A stretch of DNA of 63,825 bases, filler included, from Platydemus manokwari (Eukaryota): the NCBI GenBank assembly GCA_037951405.1. It is 6 parts of 6 records of this genome, joined end to end, with 100 filler letters (N's around TTAATTAATTAA, not from the genome) between each part and the next. Parts side by side here need not be neighbours in the genome. Positions count along the whole stretch, not along the records: positions 22,519 to 32,130 come from JBBMOY011225432.1; positions 32,231 to 44,667 come from JBBMOY010136677.1; 4 more parts are not named here. One strand, 5' to 3'. Positions within the stretch are counted from its first letter, which is position 1, and the number at the start of each line of letters is the position of its first letter. Below the pieces are notes generated by a model. That model saw nothing but the letters and a program-made list of their open reading frames with translations. It was not told the DNA's origin and made no database searches. This document shows positions 24,585 through 38,874 of the stretch, piece after piece. The translations under genes were made by a program, and so were the position numbers.

Positions 24585-26999
24585 AATTTTGTTAATATAT
24601 GGTGTAAGGTGATCTTGTAATATATTTTTTTGTCCGGTCTGATTATTGTTTATCATATATTTTATGTGGTTTAATATGATAATATTGGAAAAATATTAGA
24701 ATTTATCTTTTTTTTAATATTAAATGCTTTAACTTGTGATTTTCATTGAACTTTATGAATGCAATACAAATCAAACAAGTTAAAATGTTCTGCCATTATA
24801 GGGAAGTTATTATTTTATTTGTAATTTTATTTATCAATCAATAAAAGATATCGCAAGTGTACCGGTTTGTCGTAAAATTATTCCAAACACTCATGAAATA
24901 AATGTTTATAATAATAAGTTTAATTAATCAAGGAATTCGCTCAAAATTGGATGATTTCAAGCTGAATAAAAGGCTTGGAATATCCTTTATCATTTGTGTT
25001 ATTACTATGATATTCATTAATCAATATTATAAAATGCTTTTTATAATTTAATAATACTGGGGCAATCCTTTTTAAATTCTATTTCTAATATATTAATATA
25101 TAAATCAATTTATAACGACTAATTTAGTTATTTCAAAAGGCAAATATTGATTGAATTGAAATGTTTAATAAAGATTTGTATCTATAATAAATAACCGATA
25201 TTGTNNNNNNNNNNATTTTCATTTTAGCTCAATTTAGAAAATTGATTAATGATGTAACACTTACTAGCACGATAATTCATTATGAATCTGATATCTCTCA
25301 GAAAATTGATTGCTTATAATTGTTTGAATATAGATGGAGATATGATAAATTTTTAAACACTGAGTAATCGTGAAATTTTATTGTTTGAATATAACCTGTA
25401 CAATATATGTGAGGTAAGTTTAGTGTTTGTAAGATGATAAATTGTTAATAAAATAGATTATATTTGTCAAAAAATTATTTGAAGTTACTTAAAGATAACA
25501 ATAACAAAATACTACATTTTCAAATATGAAGTCAGTCAGCCGATAATGTTGACAATCTTGAAGAATAGAATTGAAGACCACAAGCACGTGGTAGTTTTAT
25601 ACATTATAAAAATTACATTTAAAGCGAAAGATAAATCCTGAATCGAATGAATGAATATCACTTTGTTATGAGTATAGACATATATTTGCTGCTGGAAAAA
25701 AAGATTTTTAATTATTAAAAATCACTAGGCCAAATGATTAACTGAATCTAGCTTCGTAGAATATAGGATTTCCGGTTTTTATATTTCTCATAATGGAGAC
25801 TAATAATTGTGTTTCTCTGATATAGAGCTCAGTAGTTGTTTCGTTGATGTGTCTGTCGATTCATTTGTTCAACATTTTATGTTACTGATTTTATGCTTCG
25901 ACATATTGTCGACTTTTTTTCCCAGACTGACTAATTTTCAAGTTGATTTATAAATTGATTGTCTGCTTCTTCGATAATGTTTATGCTGTTATTTAATAAT
26001 TGATATTATTTAATTGATTTATTATTCGCGACATTTCCTTTCAAACAATCACAATTAAAATGTCATAAATTTTATTCTCAAAATGAAGACAGGAATTTAG
26101 ATTAAAAATAAAATATTATTAAATTATTTGTATCAATAAAATGGAAACTTTTTAAATAGATAGTTTATGAATAAATATGGACAAACAAATTATTATCGAT
26201 ATTCATATATCAACTAAATAAATGGTTTTAATGTTTTAAAATCACAAAATTAATGTTGCTTCTGTTTCGAACAATGTTGTAATTGCCTTATCTATTTTCT
26301 AAATACAATAAAAAAAGACAAATGGTCTATACTTACATATTTTTACCGGTGCGCCAACCAGCAAAATTAAAAATTTATCAAATATTTTACCTATTCTATT
26401 ACTGCAAACAAAATGTAACATATTTTTAAGATAATTAGTAAAACTGAATACCAAGTCTGATTAAAAGGTCTTCCAAATTCAACAAGATCAACAAGGCACA
26501 ACACTCTGGAATCACACGCCAAAATTACTTTAAAAATAGAAGTTTTATTTTTTTAACTGAAATACATATTTGTCGCTGCTGATTTTGAGAAGAAAATTAA
26601 AAGTTAAATATCTTTAGCAAATAATGCGACAATTAAAAGCTAGCAAAAAAGGCTTTGACACTTCCGGCTCTATTGTTTACCGCAATATGTATGTTGGGGT
26701 TCCGAGAAAAACAGACAATGAAAACTTTGCATGCTTATGATATTGATGTATAATAGTATTACTTTTTATCATTTTACTGTAAATGATTTGATGTGCAAAT
26801 ATTTCCCTACTTTTTTTTATCTTTTGTTTATTTTCTCGAAAGCAAATAATCTTAACCCTAAATCAATTGGAAGCTTTAGTCGTTGAATAGTAATAATATT
26901 TAATCAAAGTTAAAAATAAAATAGTTAAAAAGCAATCTTTGTCGTAAAATTGGAATATTAAATGCTTTAGTTAAAATATTAAGTATTTCGGTTAAAGAT

Positions 27000-28260
27000 A
27001 ATAATTGTAAAAAATTCTTTTATCATATTTTAATATGATAATAATTTAGAATTAAATTTGGTTAATTTTTGGTTAAAAACTTAGAATAAATTGATAAAAT
27101 GGAATTAATTAAAATGAAAATAAGTTAATTATTTTCATTTTCTGCCCAACGACTAAAAAATCTAATCCTTTAAAATAATACCCAGCAATAAAACCCGCAC
27201 GGCAACTAAGGCAGATAGAATATTCTTTTGAATTATGAGAAGTCGTCACAATAAAGAATAAAAGCACCCGCATATTTTTTATTCATCCCGAATAAAATCC
27301 CATTGTCACCAAAAACATATATAAGGCAGTAAAACATCATACGCCTTTGCCCTATTATACCGAAACCACTAAGCCCCGAATTCCTAGTTGGAAATCACTA
27401 GAACAGTACGTGAAGTTAAGAAGAACCATTTTGCTGTCGAAGCCGTCAATCTCTCTGCAGCCGTTGTTCCAGCATATGCCCTATAATTTTATAGGAAGAG
27501 TATTGAATAATACTATCCATCCGACGACTAGATCACGTAAGAGTAATTACTGTAAAATCAATATATTCTTATTTATCTCGCATATTCTCCCTATTTATAG
27601 AGCCGAGCTAGAAAAAACCTCTGAAGAAACGGACACTGACCCAATAGTACGAAGGGTAACTGTTTTGTCCAACATCTGCTTCCATCGAATTTGTACATCG
27701 AATTATTCCAGATTTAAGTGTATATTAATATTGTAAAATCAATTGCATATTTGTAGTAATTCATATTCATAATTGTATACTGTAATCATTGTATAATAGT
27801 ACGGTAAAAGTAGTAATTCATAGCCCCATAATTGTATAATTGTAGTCACTATAAAATTTCATAACCATAATTTGAGTTGACTCGTTAAATTGTTATAAGG
27901 TATCACAAATTCATAGTATTGATCGTCATTGTCATTCATAAACTATTTTGGGAATAATTTTGGGTAATTAAATAAAATAGAGACTGATTAAAAACGAGTG
28001 AGGACAGAGTGAGAGAAATAGTATCAAAATCTGAAGGATAAAGTTAAAGTTAAAAACCAAGTATCGATTGCTACGCCGATCCACTTATCGTCATATAAGA
28101 AGTGATCGTCGAGGCGAACAAAATAATAAATAATCATAAGGTTTCACTGCCACCTGAGGGTTAATAAAGGAATCAGAGCACTGATTAAGTCGTAGGATCG
28201 ATCAATCAATTAAAACAAATAATAATAAAGAGAAAAGAGAGTGACCCCAAAACGCAACAT
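27000..28260 (+). mobile_element. Possible solo LTR or repeat
   Basis: TATATAA at about 27318, short internal tandem duplications (GTAGTAATTCATA...CATAATTGTATA), AATAAA at about 27970, ends ...GCAACA. AATAAAACCCGCA also occurs inverted near 7537-7550. No TSD found. Confidence 0.35.
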
Positions 28261-28628
28261 ACATTTTCTCCATTAGATTTTTTCATCCAATCAAATTCAA
28301 GATGAAAAAAATCAATCAAATTTACAAACTCATTTTAAACGATTCAAATCCAGTTCGAATTGATTTGGTGAAGAAATTATTTATTTGTTTATCTCAACTA
28401 TAAGGTATATTAAAACGTGAAAACTCTTCGTCAAAGACTTAAACATCTTAGTAATAATAATAATGAAATCAATATGTGCATAAATAATATTTCCACTCAT
28501 TATGAATAAAGAATTTTCCTAATAATTTATTTAAATAATAAAAATCACACAACTAATTAACAAAATATATTCAAAATCGAAAAACATTTTTTATAATACA
28601 CCATTTCATTAAAACAACAATTCGAAGA

Positions 28629-29244
28629 TTATCTCTTCCTCTTCTTCTTCGAGTGTATCTTTTGTCGATATTCAAATCGTCGTTTGGAAATCCAAGTTCG
28701 GATTGCTTTTTCTTGCAATTCGAGCTCATTAGCCAATTTCTTGTAGACATTTAGCCGGACTGGAGTAAACTAGACAGTGGTGTATATCCTGATTAACGTT
28801 TCACCCTTTGTTTTATATACCGGCCTACCTTTACTGTTTGGAACAGTTCTTCCATTCGTTTGATTTGTTCCCGAGTAAATTGAGTCCGACGACTTCGACC
28901 ATGTTTCATGACAAGTCGTTTATCATCATTATCATCATCATCATCGTTCTTGACATCGTTATGTTGCTTGTCATTTATCAGTTGATCGTTACTATTTGTT
29001 TCTATCAAATTCATGTCTACCGTTGTACAATTGGAATTGCTGCTTTTGTACTTTTTCAAATCGTTCACAACGACATCCTTACCGATTTTGTACACTTTTC
29101 TAATCCATTTACGAAAACTCGGAATCAATTCCAACATATTCGTAAATGCGAGCGACATGGATTCGAATCGACAAATTGTAGATTGGCTGAGATCGGTTTT
29201 CAGATAAAACCCCATTGATAATCCAACATCTAGTTGAGTCATTC
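28629..29244 (-). CDS. Divergent POU-domain homeobox transcription factor (3' exons 29244-28835 and 28769-28629; upstream exon(s) not located)
   Basis: POU-specific domain GMTQLDVGLSMG...LSQSTICRFESMSLAFTNMLELIPSFRKWI. Homeodomain RSRRTQFTREQIKRMEELFQT|FTPVRLNVYKKLANELELQEKAIRTWISKRR. The 65-nt intron restores canonical homeodomain spacing. Confidence 0.85.
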
Positions 29245-29345
29245 CTGAATCGATTATCGAATAAATCAAATGGATATTTCCATTTTAGAGATCAATTATT
29301 AAATAAGTAATATTTCCACCAGCCTATCAAAATACAGTCGTTGGT

Positions 29346-30180
29346 AAAAATAGATTTCTCACGATATCGATAAGTGTTACTCACGAGTAAATTGCAACTG
29401 ATGTATAATTAAAACAAAAATCTAAGCATATTATGAATTACACAATAGAGCAAGAATTTCAAGGCCATTGTTGTTTTGATTTCCACTGTAAGACAGTGTC
29501 GAAATTGATATATAATCAGTGGACAAATTGAAAAATTTATCATTAATATAAAACAGAATCATAACTTCATAAATTCTCTTATAACCAGTGTAGCTGCAAG
29601 AATTAACCCTAGACCATATTATTGTATTGATTAGATTACAAATAGAGTGGTTGTTGGTATTTGTTAATTGCAATAACCGTACCCGTAACCGAGGTTTGTT
29701 ATACACCCAGAGGTTTTTGTGCTTGTAGATCAACGAGTTATGCACTAGTAAATTTGTATATATTGTTATTTTATTTGTAAGTTCATTTTAGATTACCTCG
29801 TATCTAGATTGCATTATTAAAAACATTATTTAATAGTTTAGTCTTTATTTAAGTGAATCTTCAATATTTCTCATGATATCAGTAACAATTAACGTTGTGT
29901 TTGTCATAAAATCACATTGCCGAACTAATTTATTGTTTCAAGTATTGTGTTTGCATTTTCTATCAGAAAAACATTGAATGTTTTTAAACTAGAAATCGTT
30001 CCAATACATGTTCAGGGAAAACTATTTAGCATAATATCAATGGAACTCGGGTGAATTGAATTTTAATATTTTAAAACGCCATTTATAAAAATAGATTTCT
30101 CAAAATTATCGAGAATTGTTACTCACAAATAAAAATGCAACTTATGTATTATTAAAACAAAAATCCAAGCTTATTAGAAA
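29346..30180. repeat. Diverged direct repeat of about 90 bp (29346-29436 and 30087-30180)
   Basis: Both copies read AAAATAGATTTCTCA...TGTTACTCAC...TGCAACT.ATGTAT.ATTAAAACAAAAATC.AAGC.TATTA. Confidence 0.8.
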
Positions 30181-31372
30181 ACAGCAATAATAAGATAATA
30201 ACAGTAACAATGTGGTGATAAAGTACTAAATAAATTACTCGCTGGTGCATTATTTTCTTAGAAGTTATAAATAATCTGTACTTTAGCAGAAGTGAGAAAA
30301 TGCATAAATATTGATAAAGGGCACTAACTTAGTGTGCTAAACAAGAAATTATCATAAGCATAAATCAAGATTATAGTGAAACATCTCCAAAACTTAATCG
30401 ATTTATCCAATTAAATTAATTCGGTAGCAATATTGAAATCGGACTCTATTAAATATCATTTCATCTGCTCCAGGAAAATAATGATATTTACGAAATTAAA
30501 AAAAAATTAATCAATAATTATTAAAGACTAAATACAACTAAAGAGACATCGTATATATCATCTTGAATGCTGAAAGGAGTTTTTGTCACCAATCATAGTC
30601 AGTCAAACTAGAGCAGTCATTTCTATCCCAAGTCATTTTTTGTAAATTGCAATCCGGACTTATTTTTATCAATTCAACCAATCAGATTTAATAAAAGTAG
30701 TTCAATGTAGCAATTTCGTTAGGTATTGAAAGTACACAATAATCAATCAATATAAATGCTATTGTTTGATATATGTAGAGAACAATAACAATGACTGTTA
30801 ATAATAATATTTATTTAAGAAACCTTGGATAAATAAGAGGCAAAAAGACAAAAATTGACAAACTTCACAACCCACAACTCAATATATAGCAGCTAAAAAT
30901 CCACACTAGGGATATCGGAAAAACCAAATGGAGGTAAATATCGTTATTCATAGACAACTGATTTAAAAAATAAAAATTACAATTCTGCTGATGATTTAAA
31001 AATTGATGAAATTTACTGTCTCAAAATATTCTTTGTCAAAGGTTCCCCGAACATAAGAATCTTCTCATCTGAAAACCAGGCTAAATTCAAATTTTTTGGT
31101 GAGTGGATGCTATAATCTGCACTGTCCTCATATACTATTTTAAATTGATGTTAACGCTTTTCATGTGTCCGTTAATTTTGAATTTTTATTTATTGGACAA
31201 TAATTTTCGTTTTTTCGTCTAGCTACTATTTTTGCTTGCTAATAAACCCCATAGAAATTTTTTGTTTTACCCATTTTATGTTTCGTTACTATTTTTATTT
31301 GCTTATAAATATGATAAAATTCCATTTTATTCCCTTCATTTAATTGCTATTTTATTGCTACTATAATTCTAG

Positions 31373-31373
<1 letters not shown>

Positions 31374-31427
<54 letters not shown>
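31374..31427. repeat. (TTA)18 microsatellite
   Basis: Perfect trinucleotide run. Confidence 0.98.
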
Positions 31428-32230
31428 GTCTATTCTCGATATTTATTTCTTTAATACTTCGATTATTTATTTTATATCTCTAATTATATTTTATTATCCT
31501 ATTTTGCTTTAAATATTATTCAATATTTTATTTAACTTTATTTAATCTTTGTCATCTCTTTTAGTTACTCCGATTTACAATTTATAAGATTATAATTATA
31601 CATTATTTCAAATGATACTCATACAAAATATTATTACGAATCATTAAAGATATTTTTAAAAATATTATCACATCAATCATAAGCAAAAACAAAGGCTTTT
31701 TAATCAATATCAGTGTAAAATTTCATTTGTTGTATTTGATTTGGTTGAGTTGGGTGTTTGAAATCCTATTTGGGCTAATATTGTATATTTTGGATTTGAA
31801 ATTAGATTAAGATTTTTAAATAAGATTGAGGACTAAGATTAAATATTGATTTTTTGGTTGGTTATTATAGATTTTGGATTGAGTGTGTCCTTCAACAAAT
31901 TAAATAATCGATTACGTAATTAAATTGTAAATTCTTAATCTTATTTTCTTTAAATCAAAATGTCGATCTCAAGTTTTCATCCAAATTCTCACATAAAACT
32001 ATATTTCATAACTTACAAAAATTCATGTAAATAATTGAAAATTATATATTAATTAAATTAAATATTATATATTTATTTATTCTACTTTACATATTAAAAC
32101 GTTATTTTTCTAATAAAAGTAATCAAAAAANNNNNNNNNNNNNNNNNNNNNNNNNNNNNNNNNNNNNNNNNNNNTTAATTAATTAANNNNNNNNNNNNNN
32201 NNNNNNNNNNNNNNNNNNNNNNNNNNNNNN

Positions 32231-35200
32231 GAATACATTGGCAAAACTATTTTGGATAAATCATTAGCAAAGGAATAGTTATTACATTTTTAATATTATC
32301 AGTTTGATTTGTCGGCTCATTATCGCTAGATTGTCTTATCTCAGAAAAAAGAAAGTATTTTAAATATCTTTAAGTATTCATGTCATTTAGTGATCTTGGA
32401 AGTAGAAATAATCAGCACAGTTTAATTACGAAATCTTTCAAAAACATTAGCAGAGGTATTTGTAAATAATATGAAATTTTATGAGTTAAAATAAATAATT
32501 TCATCACAGAATCTTCTGAAATTTTAAAAAAATTCAATATTTTGGAAGAGGAAATTGTCAAAGCTTCAGAATTACTTCCTTGTTCAGAAAAATCGCATAA
32601 TATGTATTCGAATCAAGTAAAACTACAAACTCACATTTTTAGATAAATTTATTTTAAGGCAAACACAATCCAATCGAAACATGATAAAAAATTCCATAGA
32701 GAATGTAATTCAAAAAGTGCTAAAGAAGACGAAATCAAGGAAATTGGTTACCAAAATGCATTCAAGAAAAATAAAACAAACAAGAACAAAGTTTCATTTA
32801 ATAATTTAACTGAAATAGCTACAGGAGATTTCAAAAAATCCAATAAAAATTATTCCAATAATCACAATGCAAATTCAAATGTTTCCATTTCAAATCATAG
32901 GAACGATTTAACCAGTAGAAACGGTATGCTTAATAATTTCATATTTTGAACGAAAATGAACTTCATTACTAAAAAAGTTTTTGAATCATTTTGCTTCAAT
33001 TTAATAAAAATCATTTATTGCGATTGTAGCGTTTGTATTGAGCTCTAGCATATGGATGAGTCAATGTCGTTTCGAGAGCCGCTTGCGACTTTTCTTTGAA
33101 TCAATTGCGACTTCTATTAAAATTTTAACTTTTATTCCAAGAACTGCTTGTTATACGTGTGTACCAATCGTTTACCAGTACGAGTGCAATAGAGATGACA
33201 GTAATTTAGCAGTGTTTCATATAGCGAATATGTACTATACACGTTTACACTAATAGGTGATACTTTGTACTTTAACCGATTTGTGTAACAATGGCCTGCG
33301 CAGAAGTTTCGACTTTGTAAGAAATCATTTTAAAATCATTCCAGACTAAATTTACTAAAGTTCGAGGACGAAAATAGAAACTTTCAAAAAGAATTGATTG
33401 AATATTATTTGACCTAACATTTTTTCACATGGAGTTATTGCTTGGAACATTTTTACATTGAATTATATTTTTATGTCGAAATCGTTAGCTTACGTTTAAA
33501 TTGAATCGGTTACTTTAGTAGTTATCAAACCGATTCAAATTGAAGAAGAATTTAATTTTTTCAAAAATAAATTTATTATTTGCCAATTTTCTGAATACAT
33601 TATGTAATTTTATACTCAAACTTTCAGTTATTTCTTTAGTTGTGTGGTTCATTTAAATTGATACGACTGTGCACTCCAAGTTCCTAACTTTCATATTTTT
33701 TCTGACACTTAGTTAGATGCATTTAAATTCTTATTCTTTATGCTCTCAGTTACAAATACCTTTTTGTTATTAAAATTAGTTGTTTTGTCTAATATATTTT
33801 ATTCTTAATATCAATCTTAATATCAAATTACATACATTATAGTTATATTATAATCATTTATACATTAAATTGAGTTGTTTTTATTTGAATTGATCATCTC
33901 GACTGGTTCATTATCCTGGTCAGATCCAAGCATCCAACATGTTTCCTTTCGATCAATTTATACGACTCAGAGACAGCCTCGATCCCCACTAAACATAATA
34001 ACCAACTAGTTGATGTATACATAAGTAAAATAAAGCATTAGAACTATTTTACCTAAATAGGACAAATCTCAATAGTTATTGTAGCTATGCACAATAATTA
34101 TTAAAATATTTCTTCTGTGTTAGCTTCGAATCCTGACATTGAATTGCCGATGCAATTAAACAACAAATGAAGGGTGCACTGAGTGGTTTGGAATTTAAGA
34201 AATTGAAGATATATTTTGTGAGGGTGATGCATAGTTTTGGAGACAGAAGATTTCCATTATTCAGTTGTGGGTATCTTTATATAATAAATATATAAGCTCT
34301 ATCTGCACCTTAGCTTATCTAAGATAAATTTAATAATTTTACATTATAGATCAAATTTCTATAAATCTTAAGTATTTTAGAGACATTTATATAAGTTTTA
34401 TTTAGAATTTCGAGCGACATGTGAACAATCAAATGATCAGCTTATGAAAATGAAGAATGACACTTTATTATATGATAATTGTTCATTAGATGGTCCTTTA
34501 ACTGCCGACGACACACAATATTTGTGGTACAAATCAAATTTTACTAGAGAAAGTGGTAATTACTTTTTTGCTACACTTAGATAGTTCTAAATATGTTGCT
34601 AAATGAAATGTATAAATAAAATTTCAGTCACTGTCACAATTTCTGGCTGGTTGTTTATAACCTAGAAATAAAATAATTATAGATAAACTTCAATTATTAG
34701 TCAATGTTTTTTATTCATTTCTATTCCTTTGAATATGGGATAACAAATGCAATGTGATCGAGTGATATAATGATTTCTAAAGGCGAAATATAATTCAATT
34801 TCAAGATCAACCAAGAAATCCCCATATTAAGGTTAGAGTTAGATTCTAATAAAAAGCCTTCAAACAAAATACAAAAAATTTCTGGTGTGAGTACCCTAAA
34901 TAGTCAGATATTTCAAAGAAAAGTATTTATACATGCTGTGAAAATTTTAAATGAAAAAAATTTTTAAGAATTAATTCAGATTTTATATAAAATTGTATTA
35001 ATTTCTTTATATATTTGTATTTAAATATATAATTTGGAGTCCTGACTTTTCAGTTTGTTTTTCAATGCTACTTTTATAAAGTAATAGTAGCTTACACATA
35101 CAATCTGGATAAAGACCTAAAATCCCACGTTTCAACCTCAATAAAGTGAATTGGGGCTTCATATTAGGTGTAAGCCATTTTCAAAGAAACTGAAACTACC

Positions 35201-36161
35201 ATTACTTGTATGTACTATATAGAAGTAAAATTGAGAAGTAAAATTTCAAAGCAAGGTAAAAATTGTTGTGAATTTCTCAAAAGAGAATAGAAAAATTTCA
35301 CGATAATTATCAATAAATCTAACTCAAAATTAAACAAAAAAATGAACATATAATTAATATTGAAAAATTAAATTGGGAACAATTAAATAAACTAAAACAA
35401 GTATTCGAAATATTGTTCTTTAGTCTCATGATATTCTTGATATCTTTTGTGCATTGATAAAAGGTAGTTTTTTAAATAATCTGAATATACGGATAGCTTG
35501 ATCTTTATGTGAATAACTTTAAATTCTAACCTTTCCTATTTGCATATACTAATAATAATTGTTATGGTATTTTATGACCAAACGTGTTATTGATGTCCGT
35601 TTTATTAATGTTATTTCCTAATTTATTTAAAATATGTAACAATTTTAATGATTTGATTTTTGCAGCAATTTTGTATCTAATGCATAAACCGAATGGCCAT
35701 TTTTTAATTCGTCCAAGCACTTCATTGTGGAAATCTTTATCGCTTGTTCTAAGATTCAACTTATCGCCATCAAAACAGATTCAAAATAGTAGTGGTAAAG
35801 TAATAAAAACAATAAAATGATTTTGAAAATGTTATTTTTTTTAGACATAAGCAGCTTTATTAGACATTTCATAATCGATATCAATACAGAAGGATATCGA
35901 ATCAGAGGTTTGACTGAAGAGAAACATTATAAGACATTATCTATGCTGGTCCAAGATCATGTGGATAGAATAATTGGTTTACCGTGCAGATTAATATTAC
36001 CACGTGAAACAGACAAATCTCAAATTTGTTTGAATAGTTTTGACTGTAATGGAAATTTCAATTATAATTTGATTAAAAATGGTTATTTGGTTTTGTATAA
36101 TTTTATTATTTTTAAATTCAGTTTTAGTTTAAGGAAAGTATGTCCACTGGATAATAAATAA
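32231..36161 (+). CDS. Tensin-type SH2-domain adaptor, 5'-partial (exons include about 32660-32923, 34406-34555, 35666-35794, 35845-about 36081)
   Basis: Spliced DDTQYLWYKSNFTRES|AILYLMHKPNGHFLIRPSTS...IRHFIIDINTEGYRIRGLTEEKHYKTLSMLVQDH...LPCRLILP matches the tensin SH2 pattern, including the FLIR arginine. Phase-1 introns are consistent. The 3' end is uncertain. Confidence 0.8.
34937..35096 (+). mobile_element. Solo LTR of the TRIM-like family, in an intron of the SH2 gene
   Basis: TGTGAAAATTTT...GTCCTGACTTTTCAGTT...AGTAGCTTACA, flanked by CATGC/CATAC (probable 5-bp TSD, one mismatch). Confidence 0.7.
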
Positions 36162-36649
36162 CAATACTACTGTTATATTGTGGAAAGAATACTTAAAATT
36201 CAGTGATAATATATTGTTTCAATATGAGTGTGTTGCACATACAATGATTGTATGATGTTTAGGAATCTTGTTAAAAATATATTTATATAAATACTATAGA
36301 TATTTTTATATCTTTCACTGTTGGGCAATTAGTGTGATCGTCTGAAGTATCACTCATGGTGGTGTTATTAATGGATGCTTGGTTGTTGATAATACTAATG
36401 AAATAATATTTATTGAATAAATGTTGTTGGTTTTTCTATACTCGTGACTCCCTTAGTTAATAACTTACTTCTCGTACTTAACAATTACGTTCTATTGTTT
36501 ATTATTGTAATTTAATTACACAATAAAAAACTCAGATTAGTTTGGGGAAATATGTTTCTGACAGTAACGAAAATCAGAAACAACCTTTCTTTTCAAATTT
36601 AATTTCTTAATTTCAATTTAAATATTATTACTTTTATTTTCCAAAATTA

Positions 36650-38000
36650 TTTATTAATCCTGACTTCCCCGTTTCAGAGATTATTAAAGTATAGTTTTGT
36701 AAAAAATTCCCATGATATTTATTTTTAGCAGTTTCATTACCGAATTAATAGATTCTAATTATTTTATAGTAGAATATGAAAGATTTTCTTAGAAATAGAT
36801 TCTTGAAAACATGTAGAGGAATGATCACGTTCGCTTTTCCTCTATATGTTTCCTTTATTTTGATATCGTCTCGAGGAAATTTGTAGAATTTCTCTATTAA
36901 GTCTGTTTATATTCTTTAATATTCTTCTTAGTCATCAAAATATACAACGGTGATAATTTCTTTGCATTACTGGTTAAGTCCCGTTATAGCTTTTACCTCA
37001 TAATTTGCATTTATTCCCACATTTATTAGTAGTAATATGCCAGAATCTTTTATAATCTTCTCATCTCTCAGCGATCACCCGAAGAAATTTAATTCTATCT
37101 ATCTGTATCTATTGCTGACCTAAGATTGAAATTAGCCTTACTAACAATTTTGAATTTTCTGCAGCCTAATGAGATATAATTTTCACAATATTTCATTTCT
37201 GCCATTTAAATTTGATGATTATATTTTCCTAGATAGATTCGATGTCAAATCATATTTTTTTCAATGTCAACCCCTTCTGGCATGCAATCTATGTGGTACT
37301 GGATTATATTTTTTATTAATTATAATACTTTTATTTAGCGTTTTGGTTAAACATTTTTCTACTGTATGACTTGTTTTCAGACATTCAAACATTCTGCAAT
37401 ATTTGTTTCTTTTTGAATTTCGGCACTCTTTTAATCAATGCATTTTCCTTTTTAAATTCTTTGTTACTGAGTTTACTGGAAATACTTGACACAATTGGTT
37501 AAATGTATTTTAGAGAAATTTCTGCTTTCATAACTTTATCTCTAATTTCTTCAGAATCTTTGAATATTAAAACCATTAGTGGTATTCTTACTACTTCTGA
37601 CATCCCTTAGTTTAATTGATGTGTTATCTTTTCTTCTGTTTCTTTTCTCCAACTGGATCAATAAACTTGTTTATGCAGCTTTAATTATTAAAAAGCAAAT
37701 TATTCAGCCATTTCATCTTTTTTCTTTGTTTCACGAAGTCGTTTGACATAAAATATTCTTAGTTTTTTCGGCTTGTTCTAACCACTTTCTTTTAGTGAAT
37801 ATTTAACTTCATGCGTTCCTAGTTATCGTTATGATTTCTGAATAGTATTTATACACATTGAACATCTCATAATATTCTGCATTAAAATTGGTAAACTTTC
37901 ACTGACAGTCATCCTCCTCTTCATATGAATTTGCTAACATTTTCTGTTTAAATTTTTCTATCTTTCTTTATTTTAAGATACTCTCTTCTTCATTATGGTC
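36650..38000 (-). mobile_element. Degenerate LTR-retrotransposon gag-like relic
   Basis: Minus-strand residue ECRNSKRNKYCRMFECLKTSHTVEKC (eroded CCHC knuckles) in a stop-riddled, Lys/Glu-rich frame. Confidence 0.45.
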
Positions 38001-38874
38001 TCCAAAGAATATGTTGGTAATTGAGATCCAGTGTATCATAAGAAAATTGAGAATAATACAAATATGTTCATATGTATATAAAGACACCGGAGTCAAAACG
38101 GAAAATGTTGTTGAATACCTATATGTGGGGAACTATCTGAAGAATTTCCTAGCCATCAGATCAACCAGATAATTTTAAACAATAAATACAAATACATTAC
38201 CTTATCTGTTTGGAGTTCAGATAAGTAAAAGATTTAAAATAACACCCTTTTGATCAAAAAGCATTAATCAATATCTATTTACAAATTGTATACTTTAAAC
38301 TTAAATTGTACAACAGAATCAAAATCTTTAACATATAATTTTACACTCTAAAGTCACCAAAGATATGGTCCATGACAACAAATATGTTCGATATTAGGGT
38401 CCTATTATTAAATAACGCCAAATTCATCATCTGGACAATTTTTATCGAATTTGATAAAATTTATACATAATCACACAACTTAAAAACATTTAAATTTCTT
38501 GACAACAATAAAGAAATTTCCTAGAACAAGCTCTTACAAAATGTGAAGATAAATATGGACAACCTATACTAAAAACATACGAGACTCAACCAAGTCACTC
38601 AATCAATGGATTGTCAAATTCCAAAATAAAAAACGTTAATCACTGCAATACTCCATGCTAACAACCAAGATATATCCATGGAATCCCAAAGAAAGAAAAT
38701 CTGGAATATGAAATCAATAAGACAAACTATAAATGTCAATCCTGGTGCTTTGCTCCGGATTTATTTATTATAAAGCTAAACCTATATTTAATGTAATTTT
38801 TATTTTAACAATTCATAAATTTATCATAAAAAATTTTAATTGATTTGATCTGATAAAACAAATTATTTCAAATT

